A stretch of 64,000 bases of DNA, from NCBI RefSeq assembly GCF_030028105.1, contig NC_092386.1, positions 24,899,721-24,963,720 of the forward strand, in the 5' to 3' direction. Position 1 is the stretch's first letter. Every line of letters begins with the position of its first letter. Positions 51,506 through 63,789 of this stretch are shown one piece after another. Under the pieces are notes generated by a model. That model was not told where the DNA came from. It searched no databases and was given only the letters and a program-made list of their open reading frames with translations. The translations under genes were made by a program, and so were the position numbers. Source of the DNA: Mobula birostris. Taxonomy: Eukaryota.

Positions 51506-51827
51506 CCCTTGCGAAAAGAAAACTTGCTGCACTTTAACAGCAAGTAGTTGTCTCGGGTTTGTTTGAAAGCTACCCTGTTGCCATTGTTATATTTTGTAAC
51601 TCCATGAAAATTATCAAAAGAAAAACACAGGAGCTGTGGATTTTTTGTCAACTTCGTTTTTCTTTTAGTGAGGGGCTCACAGGTGGCGTAATAATGTATG
51701 CTATTCATGTACTTCTTACAGTACATATAATCCCTAATGAATTATGTAAACAAACAAGAATGCTTAATCAAACAATATATTTACCATTTTACTCAAACAT
51801 TATTGAAGTATTAAATAAACTACGGCA
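47232..51827 (-). mobile_element. Decayed Ty3/Gypsy LTR retrotransposon (gag, protease, RT, RNase H, integrase)
   Basis: Gag-like LEPKPLLLAEHFRFHK; protease MELDTG (~50381-50398); RT FYLDDMIVTG; integrase LHAGHLG, LVSDNGPQ, YHPATNGLMERFV; 5' LTR 51585-51827, PBS-like TGGCAACAGGG, partial 3' LTR ~47232-47320. Confidence 0.93.
51452..51505. repeat. (CT)n microsatellite in the Gypsy 5' leader
   Basis: Directly visible. Confidence 0.95.
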
Positions 51828-51859
51828 TACGCCTCCTACAGGGTGTGAGAGATCAAGGA

Positions 51860-52182
51860 GATTCCCAGGTGCCCATAAGGATTACACTTGTGGGGAGGTG
51901 CACCCAGATATTGTTCCTGGAACTAGTTTAGGACCTGTACATGGAGAGGGTGCAACTCTAGATCTCCTCATGGGGGGACGAGTTAGTGCATTTGTCTGTC
52001 AATGATCCAGTGACCATAATTCTACTAGTTTTAAAATAGTTATGGAGAAGGATATGATTGGCTTACAGGATGGGGTCATGAACTGTGGCAGAGCTAATTC
52101 TGGAAATATTAGGCAGGATCTTGTGGTGGTTCTTTGGGTGAGACTGTGTGCAGTGAAAGGAGAGTCTGCCATGCGGAAAGTC

Positions 52183-52186
<4 letters not shown>
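51860..52186 (+). mobile_element. CR1 APE-region fragment
   Basis: GAGGGTGCAACTCTAGATCTC..CAGTGACCATAATTCT (EGATLDL, SDHNS). Confidence 0.65.
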
Positions 52187-52238
<52 letters not shown>

Positions 52239-52244
52239 TATATA
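52187..52244. repeat. (TA)n(CA)n microsatellite
   Basis: Directly visible. Confidence 0.95.
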
Positions 52245-52699
52245 CTGTGCATAAGCAATTGGAAACTATTAACTCTCTGGCAAAACACACAAAATGCTAG
52301 AGGAATTTCAAGTTTAATTGCCGCGGTGGTAGATTTGGACTTGAACTCAGGTTTATGATGTGTTCTGGTTCTGTTTGGTCCTTTTTTTGTTGCTTTTTTG
52401 GGTGATTTTTTTTTGAGTCGGGGGGCCTGCGGATGATGAGCACTGAGCTAAGCTGAAATATGTCTTTTGATTTTGTGTTTTATATTCTCGCCTTTTTTGT
52501 TGCTGTTTGCGTGATTTCTTTTGCGTGCGAGGGGTGGGGAGGGAGGGGGTTTGACGTTTTTCTTTGAACGGGTTGGATAATGGTTCTTTGTTTCGAGCTG
52601 CATGTGGGGAAGACTAATTTCACAGTGTATTCTGCATACATACTTCAATTTCTGCATACATACTTCAAAGTGTACTTGAAAATAAATTTGAGTAAACCT

Positions 52700-53710
52700 C
52701 TTGGTGATCACAACAAGTATAGAAGTTCACTTGAGAAAGAAGTTATGAGGGCAAAACAAAAGCGTATAAGAATGATCTGACAGACAAGGTGAAGAAAATC
52801 CCAATATTCTATAGGTATATTAAAAGTAAAATGGTTAGGGAGACAATAGGCCCCCTTGAAGACCAGCATTGTGATCTGTATGTGGAACCAAAAGACATTG
52901 GAGAGATCTACTCCCCAGCCAACTGCATATTACAGACAAAAAGCAAGAATAGCTCCACACAGTTCATGTAGCAATTGAATACCATCTTTAAATTGAGGAC
53001 ATGTTTCATTGTATTGTGAGACGTCAATACCATACTAAGTGGATTTATTAGATTTGTAAGCTCAAAACTAGACACCTTTGCAGTGTTCAGCAGATTTGAT
53101 CAGCAGAATCAATTAGGTGAAATGTTATCAAGAGCAGAGTTGAGTTTTACTTGGAGGGTTGCCAAGATCTGGTGCAGGAAATGGCAAGGAAAACTTAAAT
53201 AGTTTTATTAGAATCATAGAGTCAGAGTTATACAGCAGGGAAAAAGGCCTTTCAGCTCAACTGGACCATGATAGCCAAGATGCTTCTTCCAAGCTAGTCC
53301 CATTTGCCAGCATTTGGCCTATATCCTTCCAAGTTCATCATGATTTCTTAACTTGTATACTGAATGCCCTTACTTGAAAAGGCCAACAAACCTTCTTCAC
53401 CATTCTGTCTACCTGTGAATCTATTTTCAGTGAATCATATACCTGTACTCCAAGGTTCTTCTGTTCAACAACACTTCCCTGGGTCCTGCTGTTCATTGTG
53501 AAAATCCTACTAAGATCTGACATATCAAAAAGCAACACCTTGCACTATCCGAATTAAACTCCATTTGCCATTCACTGGCCCACTTACCCAGCAGATTAAG
53601 ATCTCTCTTCATAATTTTTGATGACCTTCTTCATTGTCCACTACACCAAATCTTTGGTATCATACAAACTTACTAACCATGCCTGAACATTACTATCCAA
53701 GTGATCAATA
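52700..53710. mobile_element. CR1 fragments (52700-52908 +; 53210-53710 -)
   Basis: FYRYIKSK..IGPLEDQ; QKNLGVQVYDSLK..QVDRMVKK. Confidence 0.75.
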
Positions 53711-55304
53711 CCAATACTTGTGTAGTCCTACTAAATTATTTAATCAATGGCTGTCAATTAGCTTTTGCTGATTTTTAGGTATACTTCATCCCAAAGTCTA
53801 TCTGCTAATGCACTGATCTATTTTTCTTTAGTCTCATATGGATGGGTTACAAAGCAGATGGCCATCTTAATGCTATTAACAATACTGTATGTGAATCTCC
53901 AGTTCTTTTCAGTAAAGGAATGCGAACTGATGATCTTCTGCATTACAATGCTCCTGTCTCCCAATTTCACAATACGATTTAGACAGCTGAGCTTGCTTGG
54001 ACTGTTATAAAGAACATTATAATAGCAGATTTGGTTTAGTTTAAATTTATTACTCACAGGATCTAACAGTCTGAACTGTAAGTGCACCAGGAGACTCTTA
54101 CTGAAAATCAGAATTGCCAGTACATTCTCACGTGGTGACTATAACACTTTAGTGTGCAAAGGAGCCCAAAAATATCTATCTAAATAAAACTCACTCTATG
54201 ATAAGTTTATACTGAGATGAAGTATCCAATATTGCTTTATAATCTGGCGTTAAATTTCTTCCAAGCTTAAATTTCTAAAATATGGTTTTATTATCTGTTG
54301 TAATTCCAAAATTCACAAGATGAATCATTGGAGCCTTTCTTCCCGGAGAGGATATTGTTATTTACAATATTCGTAAGGAACCTGATTGCACAACAGGGTG
54401 ATAATCATACCAGTGACCGAGAAGAGTAGGGTGAGCTGCCTCAATGACTAATTCATAGTGGCACTCACAGTGTGATGAAATGCTTTGAGAGGTTGGCCAA
54501 GGCTAAGATCAACTCTTGCCTAAGCACGGACCTGAACTTGCTACAATTTGTCTATCACCATAATTGGTCTACAGTAGACACAATCTCTACTTGGGCTTGG
54601 ATCACCTGGACAACAATAATGCCTTCGTCAGGCTGCTGTTTATTGACTACAGCTCAGTGTTCAACGCACTCGTACCCTCAGTTCTAATCAATAAGCTCCA
54701 AAACATGGACCTCTGTAACTGACCCTGCAAATGGATCCTTGACTTTTTCACCAGAAGACCATAGTCTGTGGATCAGAAAGAACATCTCCTCCTTGATGAC
54801 AATCAACACTGGTGCACTTCATGGATGTGTGCTTAGCCCACTGCTCTACTCTCTCTACACCCATGACTGTGTGGCTAGGCACAGCTCAAACGTCATCAAT
54901 AAATTTGCTGATGACACATCTATTATTGGCAGAATATCAGAGAGTGATGAGGAGGTGTACAGGAGCAAGACAGATCAGCTGGTTGAGTGGTTTCACAGCA
55001 ACAACCTTGCACTCAACATCAGTAAGACCAAGAAAATGATTGTGGACATCAGGAAGGGGAAGTCGAGGGGACACACGCCAGTCCTCATTGAGGGATCAGA
55101 AGTAGACAAGGTGGACAGATTCAAGTTTCTGGGTGTCAACATCTCAGAAGATCTATCCTAGGCCCAACATATTGATACAATTACAAAGAAGGTCCAACAG
55201 CAGATATATTTCGTTGGGAGTTTTAAGTAGAATTGGTATGTCACCAAAGACGTTCACAAATTTCTACAGATGAAGAAGTTTAACTAGGAAGCATTCTAAC
55301 TGGT

Positions 55305-55901
55305 GAAACATCGTGAAACCTGACGCAGATTGGGGGACCACTTCGTCGAGCACCTCCACTCTGTCCGCCACAACAGACAGGATCTCCTGGTAGCCAGCCA
55401 TTGCAACTCTGCTTCCCATTCCCATTCAGATATGTCCATACATGGCCTCCTTTACTGCCATGATGAGGCTAAACTCAGGTTGGAGGGGCAACACCTCATA
55501 TACCGTCTAGGTAGTCTCCAACCCCTTGAAGTGAACATAGAATTCTCCAACTTCCGATAATTTCCTCCCCTCCCTTCCTCTATCCCTATTTCACTCTGCC
55601 CCCTTCCCCAGCTGCCTATCACCTCCCTTATGGTTCCGCCTCCTTCTTCTACTACCCATTGTTTCCCTGCATATGATATCCCTGCTTCCCCTCCCCCACC
55701 CCTTTGCCTTTCAAATTACTGGTTTTTCAACTGAACCTACAAGCATTCTTCAAATCGTTCCCCCTCCTTCTTTCTTCAGTCCTGACGAAGGGTTCCGGCC
55801 CGAAATGTCGACTCATCATTTCCACTGATGCTGCCCGACCTGCTGAGTTCCTCCAGTGTGCTGTGAGTGTTGCTTTGATCCCAGCATCTGCAGATTATTT
55901 T
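55305..55901 (+). mobile_element. Penelope-like element 3' fragment (GIY-YIG remnant, UTR, hammerhead)
   Basis: ET*RRLGDHFVEH..HLIYRLGSLQPLEVNIEFSNFR; flanked by diverged direct repeats GCATTCTAACTGGT/GTATTCCAACTGAT. Confidence 0.9.
55777..55814 (+). ncRNA. Minimal type-I hammerhead ribozyme motif
   Basis: AGTC-CTGACGA-A-GGG(TTCCGG)CCC-GAAA-TG-TC|GACT: complete core, stem I, stem II, GUC site. Confidence 0.75.
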
Positions 55902-56399
55902 GTATTCCAACTGATTGCAGCACCACCTGGTACGGAGGGACCACTGCACAGGATTGAAAAAAGCTGCAGGAAGCAGTAAACTCAGCCAGTTGCATCATGG
56001 GCATTAGCCTCCCTAGCATTGAGGACACCTTTAAGGGGTGATGACCCAAAAAGGCGACATCTGTCATTAAGGACCCCATCACACAGGACATACCCTCTTC
56101 CCATTGCTACCATCCAGGAGCAGGTACAGCAGCCTGAAGACACACACTTAACGTTTCAGGAACAAATTCTTCCTCTCAGTTATCAGATTTCTGAATGGAC
56201 AATGAACCCACGAAGGCTTCCTCAGTATTTTTTTACCTCTCTTTTTGCACTACATATTGTAATATATAGTTTTTGTTGTGATATATTGCAGTGTTCTGCT
56301 ACTGAAAACCAATGAATTTCATGATATCTGCTAATGGTATTAAACCAGATTCTGATTCTGAACATCTAAGAGACAATGTATATTTAAACAATCTCCCTC

Positions 56400-56795
56400 A
56401 AAGGAAAATTGGCAGGTCAGCTTCTTTAAGCTATGCCCCTAAACTGTGGAACTTTAAGGGATGCAGCCTCAGTTGACACTTTTAAAGCTTATTTATTTAA
56501 CCCTACTTTTAACTAACATAATTTTGTCTTTTATTTTTATGTTTGCACTTTAATCCTTTGTAAACCACTTTGAACTACATCATTTTTATGAAAGTGCTCT
56601 ATAAACAAGTTATTATTATTGTTATATTCCTTTTGTACATTGGTTGTTTGTCCATTTGTGTTTGTGTGTAGATTTTCATTAATTCCATCGTGTTTCATTA
56701 TATCTATTATGAATGCCTGCAAGAAAATGAATCTCAGGTTAGTATATGGTGACATGCAATTACTTTGATAATAAATTTACTTTGAACTTTGAATA
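56400..56795 (+). mobile_element. L2-like 3' end with (TTA)n tail followed by a Rex1-like tail
   Basis: AAAGTGCTCTATAAACAAGTTATTATTATT; ATAAATTTACTTTGAACTTTGAA. Confidence 0.6.
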
Positions 56796-57477
56796 TTTGA
56801 GTACCCAATTTAAATGGACATTTATGCATTGCTTTCCTAGTATAAACACCTGTCACTGATCGGTACCTCAGCATACTGCTCATTTTGTACTGATGTTAAG
56901 CAGCTGACTTTATTCAGGAGACTGATGTTAGATTGGTCACACAGTCTTTGTACTGCTCTTGAACCACAATCAGCAGCCCGTGAAGGATATGACAATCTGC
57001 TCTTCAAATGCAGATTGATTCTCTCATTGGGTAAAGAACAAAGCAGTTTTAATTTCCCAGTTCCAATACAAATTGGCCAGGCAAGTCAGATGGCCATATT
57101 CACGGCATGAAGCCAGACAAAGGGAGAATCCAGAGAAAAAAGAATGCTCAAAGGACGGCATATCAAATTTTTGCAGTTTTTGTCTTGTTGTTTAGCTCAT
57201 TGATCAGCTTTACATTGCTGTAACATACAGTCCTTTTGGTTTCTATTGTTTACTGTCTAAGGGCTGGCCGAATAGTTCTGACGGTGTCACTAGCATCATA
57301 TTCCTTGATTCAAACGTGTATTTACAAACTGAAGCTTAATTAAATGATCCAGAATAACTGAGAAGTGTGTCCATTTGTTTAATGTTTTCTGAACTTTTGC
57401 AACTACTTCTTAATGCTGACCACTCTGCATGAATTAAACATCTCTGGTGTCAGCATTAATGTCGCCTTTCTTTAATA

Positions 57478-57720
57478 GGGGTAGCATGGTAGCATAGTGG
57501 TTAGCATAACAGTTTACAGTATGGGCAACCTGGGTTCAATCCCCACCGCTGCCTATAAGGAGTTTGTACGTTCTGCGTGTGACCACAAGGGTTTTCTCCG
57601 GGTGCTCCGGTTTCCTCCCATAGTCCAAAGACCTACCGGTTGGTAGGTTAATTGTAAATTGTCTTATGATTAGGCTAGAAATAAATGGGAATCGCTGAGT
57701 GGCGCAGCTCAAAGGACCAG
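57478..57720 (+). mobile_element. tRNA-derived V-SINE
   Basis: A box TAGCATAGTGG, B box GGTTCAATCCC, V-domain TCCGGGTGCTCCGGTTTCCTCCCATAGTCCAAAGAC. Confidence 0.85.
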
Positions 57721-57724
57721 ACCT

Positions 57725-58760
57725 TCACCCACTTACCCACTTGCTCTACGCTTATGACTGTGTGGCTAAGCAGAGCTCCAATACCATATTGGTTGCTGAT
57801 GCCACCGCTGTCGAATCAAAGGTGGTGGCAAATCAGCATATAGATGGAAGATTGAAAATCTGGCTGAGAGGTGCCACAACAACAACCTCTCACTCAATGT
57901 CAGCAAGACCAAAGAGCTGATTACTGTCTTCAGGAGGAGGAAACCAGAACTCCATGAGCCAGTCATCATTGGAAGATCAGAGGTGGAGAGGGTCAGCAAC
58001 TTTAAATTCCTTGGTGCTATCATTTCAGAGGACCTTTCCTGGGCCACACAAGAGCAATTATGAAGAAAGCATGGCAGCGTCTCTACTTCCTTAGGAGTTT
58101 GGGAAAATTTGGCATGACATCTAAAACTTTGACAAACTTCTATAGATGTGTAGTGGAGAGTATATTGACTGGCTGCATCACAGCCTGGTATGGAAACACC
58201 AACGCCTTTGAATGGAAAATCCGCTAAAAAAGTAATGGATATGGACCAGTCAATCCCCACCATTGACACATCTAGAGAAAATGCTGCCATAGGAAAGCAG
58301 CATCCATCATCAGGGACCCCCAGGACATGCTCTCTTCTCACTGCTTCCATCAGGAAGAAGGCATAGGAAACTCTGAACCCACACCACCAGGTTCAGGAAC
58401 AGTTATTATCCCTTAACCACCAGGCTCTGGAACCAAAGTTCTCTCAACTCCACTTGCCCCATCAATGACATGTTCCCACAACCTACAGACTCTCCTTCAA
58501 GGGCTCTTCATCTCAGGTTCTTGATATTTATTGCTTATTTATTGATTATTATTATTGTTATTTATTTTTGTATTTGCACAATTTGTTGTCTTTTGCAGAT
58601 GGTTTGAATGCCAAAGTTGGTGTGGTCTTTCATTGATTCTGCTATGGTTACTATTGTATGGATTTATTAAGTATGCCCACAAGGCAACAAATCTCAGGCT
58701 TGTAGGTAGTGACATATATATACTTTGATTACAAATTTACTTAGAAGTTTGAACTTTGAA
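57725..58760 (+). mobile_element. Rex1/Babar-like LINE 3' part
   Basis: CACAACAACAACCTCTCACTCAATGTCAGCAAGACCAAAGAGCTGATT; same UTR and tail as 46043-46945. Confidence 0.85.
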
Positions 58761-58902
58761 TGCCCTTGATGGCAGGTAGGCTGATGCTGGTGATGTGTTG
58801 GACAATTTTGACTACTCGTGGTAGAGCAAGGTTGTGTCATCTTCCCTTTCCTTTTTCTCTATCTTAAGATATACCGTCCTGTACAACGGTCTTATGCACG
58901 TG

Positions 58903-59375
58903 TACAGTATATATAGCCAGGGTGCCTAAGACTTCTCACAGTACTGTACTTGACGAGGTGGAGCAGCGAGGAAGTTCGTAGATCTGGTGGGAACGAAGGA
59001 TGTTGGGAATTGTGATGGTGGAGTGCTGTGGGAGTGGTGGTAAATATGGTGTGCCAGGGTAGGGTGCAGACACACCCAGTTCTGAGGCACCAGGCAAGAT
59101 TATTTGATTCCAGACAATTGGTTAATTGACCATTACAGAATGTCTCTCTGATGCTTCTCACTTCTCCCCACCTCTCCCTTCCCCTTTTACCAACCATGAT
59201 TCCCCTCTCCCTGCCCCCTTCTCACTCCCAGACCACAATAGAGACCCAGATCAGAATCAGGTTCATCATCGCTCACATAAGTCCTGACATTTGTTTTTTG
59301 TGCGACAGCTGTACAGTGTACTACATCACCGCCCTAGCTCTATATTCGTGGCTAAAACTTTTGCACAATGCAGTA
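58903..59375 (-). mobile_element. Composite Tc1-type MITE, third copy
   Basis: GGGTGCCTAAGACTTCTCACAGTACTG + shared cargo + CCCTAGCT..AACTTTTGCACA. Confidence 0.72.
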
Positions 59376-60724
59376 TTTCAAGCATTGATCAAGGCTCAAT
59401 GTCAGTGTAGTGCCTGTAGCTTTTCACATTTATTTTCTCTTTCTACACACAACAATAGAGCCTTGTTTCTGAAAAGTTTTGCATCTGATGCTGCCATCCC
59501 GTTGGCTGGGATTGTAGCTGCTCACTTAACTTTTAAGTGTTTTCAGTGTGATTAAATTGTCAAAGTTAGCAGTGAGGGAAATAACTTATGAGACTTGAGT
59601 GACGGAGCAAACCAAAGCACCTTATATCTCCTTCACAGATCAGACTGAGGATTAAGAAGATTATTCTGAGAACAAAATTTGGATTAAGTGAAGTCAATTT
59701 AAAATCAGGTGAATATATGCCTAGAAATCGTAACTGATCAATTCTGAGTGTGCTAAGCAAGTACATTAAACGAGTGTATTAACACAAAATCGGATTGTAG
59801 CTCCTACATACAACAGATCTATTGCCAAAAAGAACTGCAAGAGTTGGCCTTATGTACAATAAAATGGCACCACAGTGGTTCATGTGCTAAAATGAGGCCT
59901 GGATTGTTTTCCAATGGCACTGCCCAGAAAACTCCCAACTACTGTATCTTTGATAGGGTCAGTGGTAGGAATGGCTTCAGGGATTAAAGGAATTCCCTCT
60001 GTGGAGATATTGATTTCTGAGTCTGATTCTGAACAGCACTATTACTGGCTGTGAGGGTGGTGAGAGAAAATGTAGGGGGGGTGTGGTTTGTAGAGACACA
60101 GGAATTTTAACTATGTGTGGGGTCTCCAAGATGAGCACCCATCCTAACTGAGTCATGTGTGAGGAAAGTCTCTGTACCACTGTGAAGGTAAGGGTCATCA
60201 CTGAACAAGGTCACAGCATGCAGTTCTGATATCCATTATACACACAGTATCATTTCTGTGATGGAACATTTAGTGACAAGGTTTCAAATAAGCTCAGCAT
60301 TGAAAATAGTGATTGGACTGTCAGAATGGAAACCCTTTAATTGACATGTCCTTGACAATCGCATTGTATTATGTTTCTATAATGTTTCTGACTTTTCAAT
60401 AAAGGTTGTGGGTTCTACCTAAAGTTCCAATTTAATGTTGGTGTGGGAGGAAATATCTAGTGTGGAACTTGTGACTGATTAGTGAGTGAACGGTGCAGTA
60501 GAAACATCAGGTGAATTATACAAATTCTCCATTTCACCCTAAAATGACCATCTGTATAATCTGACTCAGCTAAACAACTGTTATACTTGACTTGTGCAGT
60601 TATGAAAAATGAGGGCTGATAGATTTGATTTCTAAATCAGAGAGGTTGCATTGAAACAGAGAAAGGAATAGACAAAATAAAACTTAAAAAAGATGACATT
60701 TCCAACAAGTAAAATCCGGAAGAT

Positions 60725-61815
60725 GTTTTTTCTTTCGTTTTTGAGATACTGATGTCTTAGGCAAGTCCAGGATTTATTGTTCATTACTAACTGCCTATGG
60801 GAAAGTGGTGGTGAATTGCCTATTTGAACTGCTGTAGTCTTACTGATGGTGATACTCCCACAATGCATTGCAGAAGGAATGCCAGAATTTGGAACCATTC
60901 ATGCCATTGGACTAACTATATCAGGATGGCTTGTGGCTTGGAAAGGAGCCTGCAGCTGGCAGTGTTCTAATGCACCTGCTACCCTTGCCCATATGGTAAA
61001 GGTTGCAAGGCTTGGCAAGTACTATTACAGTAGCCTGGGTGAGTAACTGCAGTGCATGTTATAGACTTCACCCTAGAGCTGGGATTGAATGCTTAGGGCG
61101 GCTTTTTGTGAATTGTTGGAACTGCACTCATGCAGGCAAGTGAAAAGGATTTCTGTCCTGACCCTGACTTTTGCCTTTGAGCTGGCCTTAACTCTTTGGG
61201 GTCTCAGGTGGCTGCTTGAGAACAGGAGTCCCAGAACTGCTCTTGCAGCCAGGATACTTATGTGGCTGGTCTAGCTGAGTTGGTTAATGGTGATCCCAGG
61301 ATATCGATAGTGAGATCCCGAGCAACATTAATGCCAAGGGTATGTTGTTTAATTTTTCATTCTCATATTGTATTTCAAATTAAGTCTTCTGGGTCTTGCT
61401 GCTTCATTTGCTGAGGAAATGTGAAAGAAATCAAGCACTGAGTGAGCATTATCTAGCATCTCCATTTCTGATCTTATGATGCAGGAAAGAATCATGGCTG
61501 AAATAATTAAAGATGGTTAGGACATTGCCCTAAGGAACTCTTGTATGAGATTCTGGGGCTGGAATAATTGACCTTTGACAACTTTACAACCATCACCTTT
61601 TGTTTGAAATATGATTCCAGCTACTGGAGAGTTTTCACTTTGATGTTCATTGCCTTCAGCGTCACCAGGGTATCACATTCATCAAATGGGAAAGAGTCGT
61701 AACTCATTTCAGGAATTAATCCCATTGATCCAAGTTTGGGTTAAGGCTGTGATAAAGTCCAGAGGGGAGAATCCCTGTCAAAATCCCAAACTGGGAATTG
61801 GTGAGCAGGTTATTG
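60725..61815 (-). mobile_element. Ancient LINE (CR1/L2-group) remnant
   Basis: Degenerate LINE-like sequence (TGGTGATCCCAGGATATCGATAG, also seen at ~2770-2810); family uncertain. Confidence 0.45.
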
Positions 61816-61821
61816 GTGATT

Positions 61822-61955
61822 TAAGTCCAGCTGAAGGGTCTTGGCCCAAAAGGTTGGCTCTGTATTTCTCTCCATAGCTGCTGCCTGGCCTGCTGTCTCC
61901 AGCATTTTGAGGGTGTTGCTCTGGATTTCCAGCATCTGCAGAATCTCTTGTGTGT
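61822..61955 (+). mobile_element. Penelope-like terminal fragment
   Basis: CTGAAGGGTCTTGGCCCAAAA..GCTGCCTGGCCTGCTG..TTCCAGCATCTGCAG. Confidence 0.7.
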
Positions 61956-62959
61956 TGATGATTAAGTTCTATTCATTAACACCACTGTATTGAAAACAGT
62001 TTCCATCACCTTGCTGAATTGGATTGTGACTTGTATTTGCTAACTTTCAGAACCAGAAACATTGTCAAACAGTTACGACACATGCAATACTATGGAAAGG
62101 GTACTTTGACAGAAATGGACAACTCTTCACTTTCAGTGGTAGGAATCGCTGGCTCCTATTGTGTGAGTACTATTTCACACTGCTCTGTGTTGAGCAATGC
62201 TGAGGCAAACAGCAAGTTGCAGTTTTAACAAAGATAACAACAGAGCCACACAACGTGAGCTGCAGTGTTCGATTATTTGCTTTTAACCACGTGTCTGTCT
62301 CTTGCCAGTTGTCGGGACGCTGTTTCCTCATAAATAACAGTGAGTGCTATTAGCTTCTCAGTTACTTTGACAGGGAAATATGGGCTAAAATAAATCTTAT
62401 TTGAGTAAAGCTTTTAAATTTGGTCCTCTGGGGGCATTTCTGCAAACCCTTCTGGAGGCCATGAGGAGGATTTTGTTGGAGGTAGCAAGAAAAAGATTCT
62501 GTCATTAGATCAGGTTAAAAGTTGCTGAGTCCTGCTAAAAAAATGTTACACATACAGACTGCAGGCCTAACCTTTAGCTCACATTTTTACTGTCCTGTGC
62601 AAAAATATCAAAAATATCAATCTTAAACCATTGGGAGAAGTTATGAAAATTATGGAGATTATACTGATTTAAATATTTCTTGCAGACACAATAAAAGTTT
62701 ACTGAATGAACAAAGTTAGATGGAAATATCTAGGGGGAAAACGCAACTTGAGTGATTGTGTGTTGCTTGGATTGCCAGCATCTGCAGATTTTCTTGTGTT
62801 TGTGATTAGAACTTCAGTGATTCATTTGTTTCAGCAATAATATTGCAATCAGTTGACCAAAGGGAAATTGAAAGTGTACGTTGGGATTTATAATGTGAAA
62901 CGCTGACACAGAATTGTGGCAAGCATGGTAGCAATGGAAAACTTCCACAAACTAGGTTC

Positions 62960-63215
62960 ATTTATTTATTGAGACACAGTGTGAATAGGCCCTTCGAGCC
63001 ATGCCGCCCAGCAAACCCCCCATATTTAATACCAGTCTAATCACGGGACAATTTACAGTGGCCTATTAATCTACCAGATGGGGCATTTTTGGACTGTGGG
63101 AGAAAACAGAGCACCTGGAGGAAATCCACATGGTCACAAGGAGATCGTACAAACTCCTTGCAGGCAGTGGTGGGAACAACCAGTATGCTACCTTGCCACC
63201 AACTGTGATCACGCT
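62960..63215 (-). mobile_element. V-SINE copy
   Basis: GGACTGTGGGAGAAAACAGAGCACCTGGAGGAAATCCAC..CGTACAAACTCCTT. Confidence 0.75.
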
Positions 63216-63789
63216 ATATCAGAAGAACATCCATATGGAGGGGATATGATTTTTTTTACTGAATAGTGGGTAAATGGACTATAGAATGAATTCTCTAGAT
63301 TGCTTTTTAAAAATTTATTATAAATTGTGTAATATTACAGTATGTTCATTTAAAAAAAAACAACACCATGCTTGGCAGAACAACACAGAACTGAACACCA
63401 CAAGCAACTAAACAGCAGCAAAATAAGCTTGATACCATCACAAGAAGACAGGACAAGTCCAACCCGTCAGATTACTGTCCGATTAATCTTCTTTTGATCA
63501 TGAGCAAAGTGATGGAAGGAGAATCAATGGTGCTGTCGAGCTGCTCTGCCTTCGTGACAACCTGGTGACAGAAGCCTTAGTCCAAACATCAGCAAAATAG
63601 TGAATTCCAAAGGTGAAGGGAGAGTAACTACCCTCAGGATGTCAAAGTTTATGGGGAGAAGGCGGGAGAAGGACGTTGAGAGGGATAATAAATCAGCCAT
63701 GATGGAATGACAAAGCAGATTCGATGGGCTGAGTGGCCTAATTCTGTTCCTATGTGACCACTGACTATCGACCAGTGACATTAGATATA

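Larger units (their letters stand above)
54405..56362 (+). mobile_element. Rex1/Babar-like LINE RT pseudogene interrupted by a Penelope-like element
   Basis: MKCFERL, NTGALHGCVLSPLLYSLYTHDC..KFADDT, FKFLGVNISEDLS; tail GATTCTGATTCTGA. Confidence 0.9.

Noticed and set aside
57478-57550. tRNA gene
   Set aside because: A and B boxes are present but continue into a V-SINE body with no full cloverleaf; the same applies to 11360-11428.
57766-58350. 194-aa minus-strand ORF and similar ORFs (15390-15680, 35243-35533, 48092-48361)
   Set aside because: Antisense shadows of LINE or Gypsy coding sequence.
61824-61859. Functional hammerhead
   Set aside because: Both core boxes are disrupted; copies at 3419, 7126, 33504, 33617, 37033 and 45633 also have core mutations and are treated as fossils.
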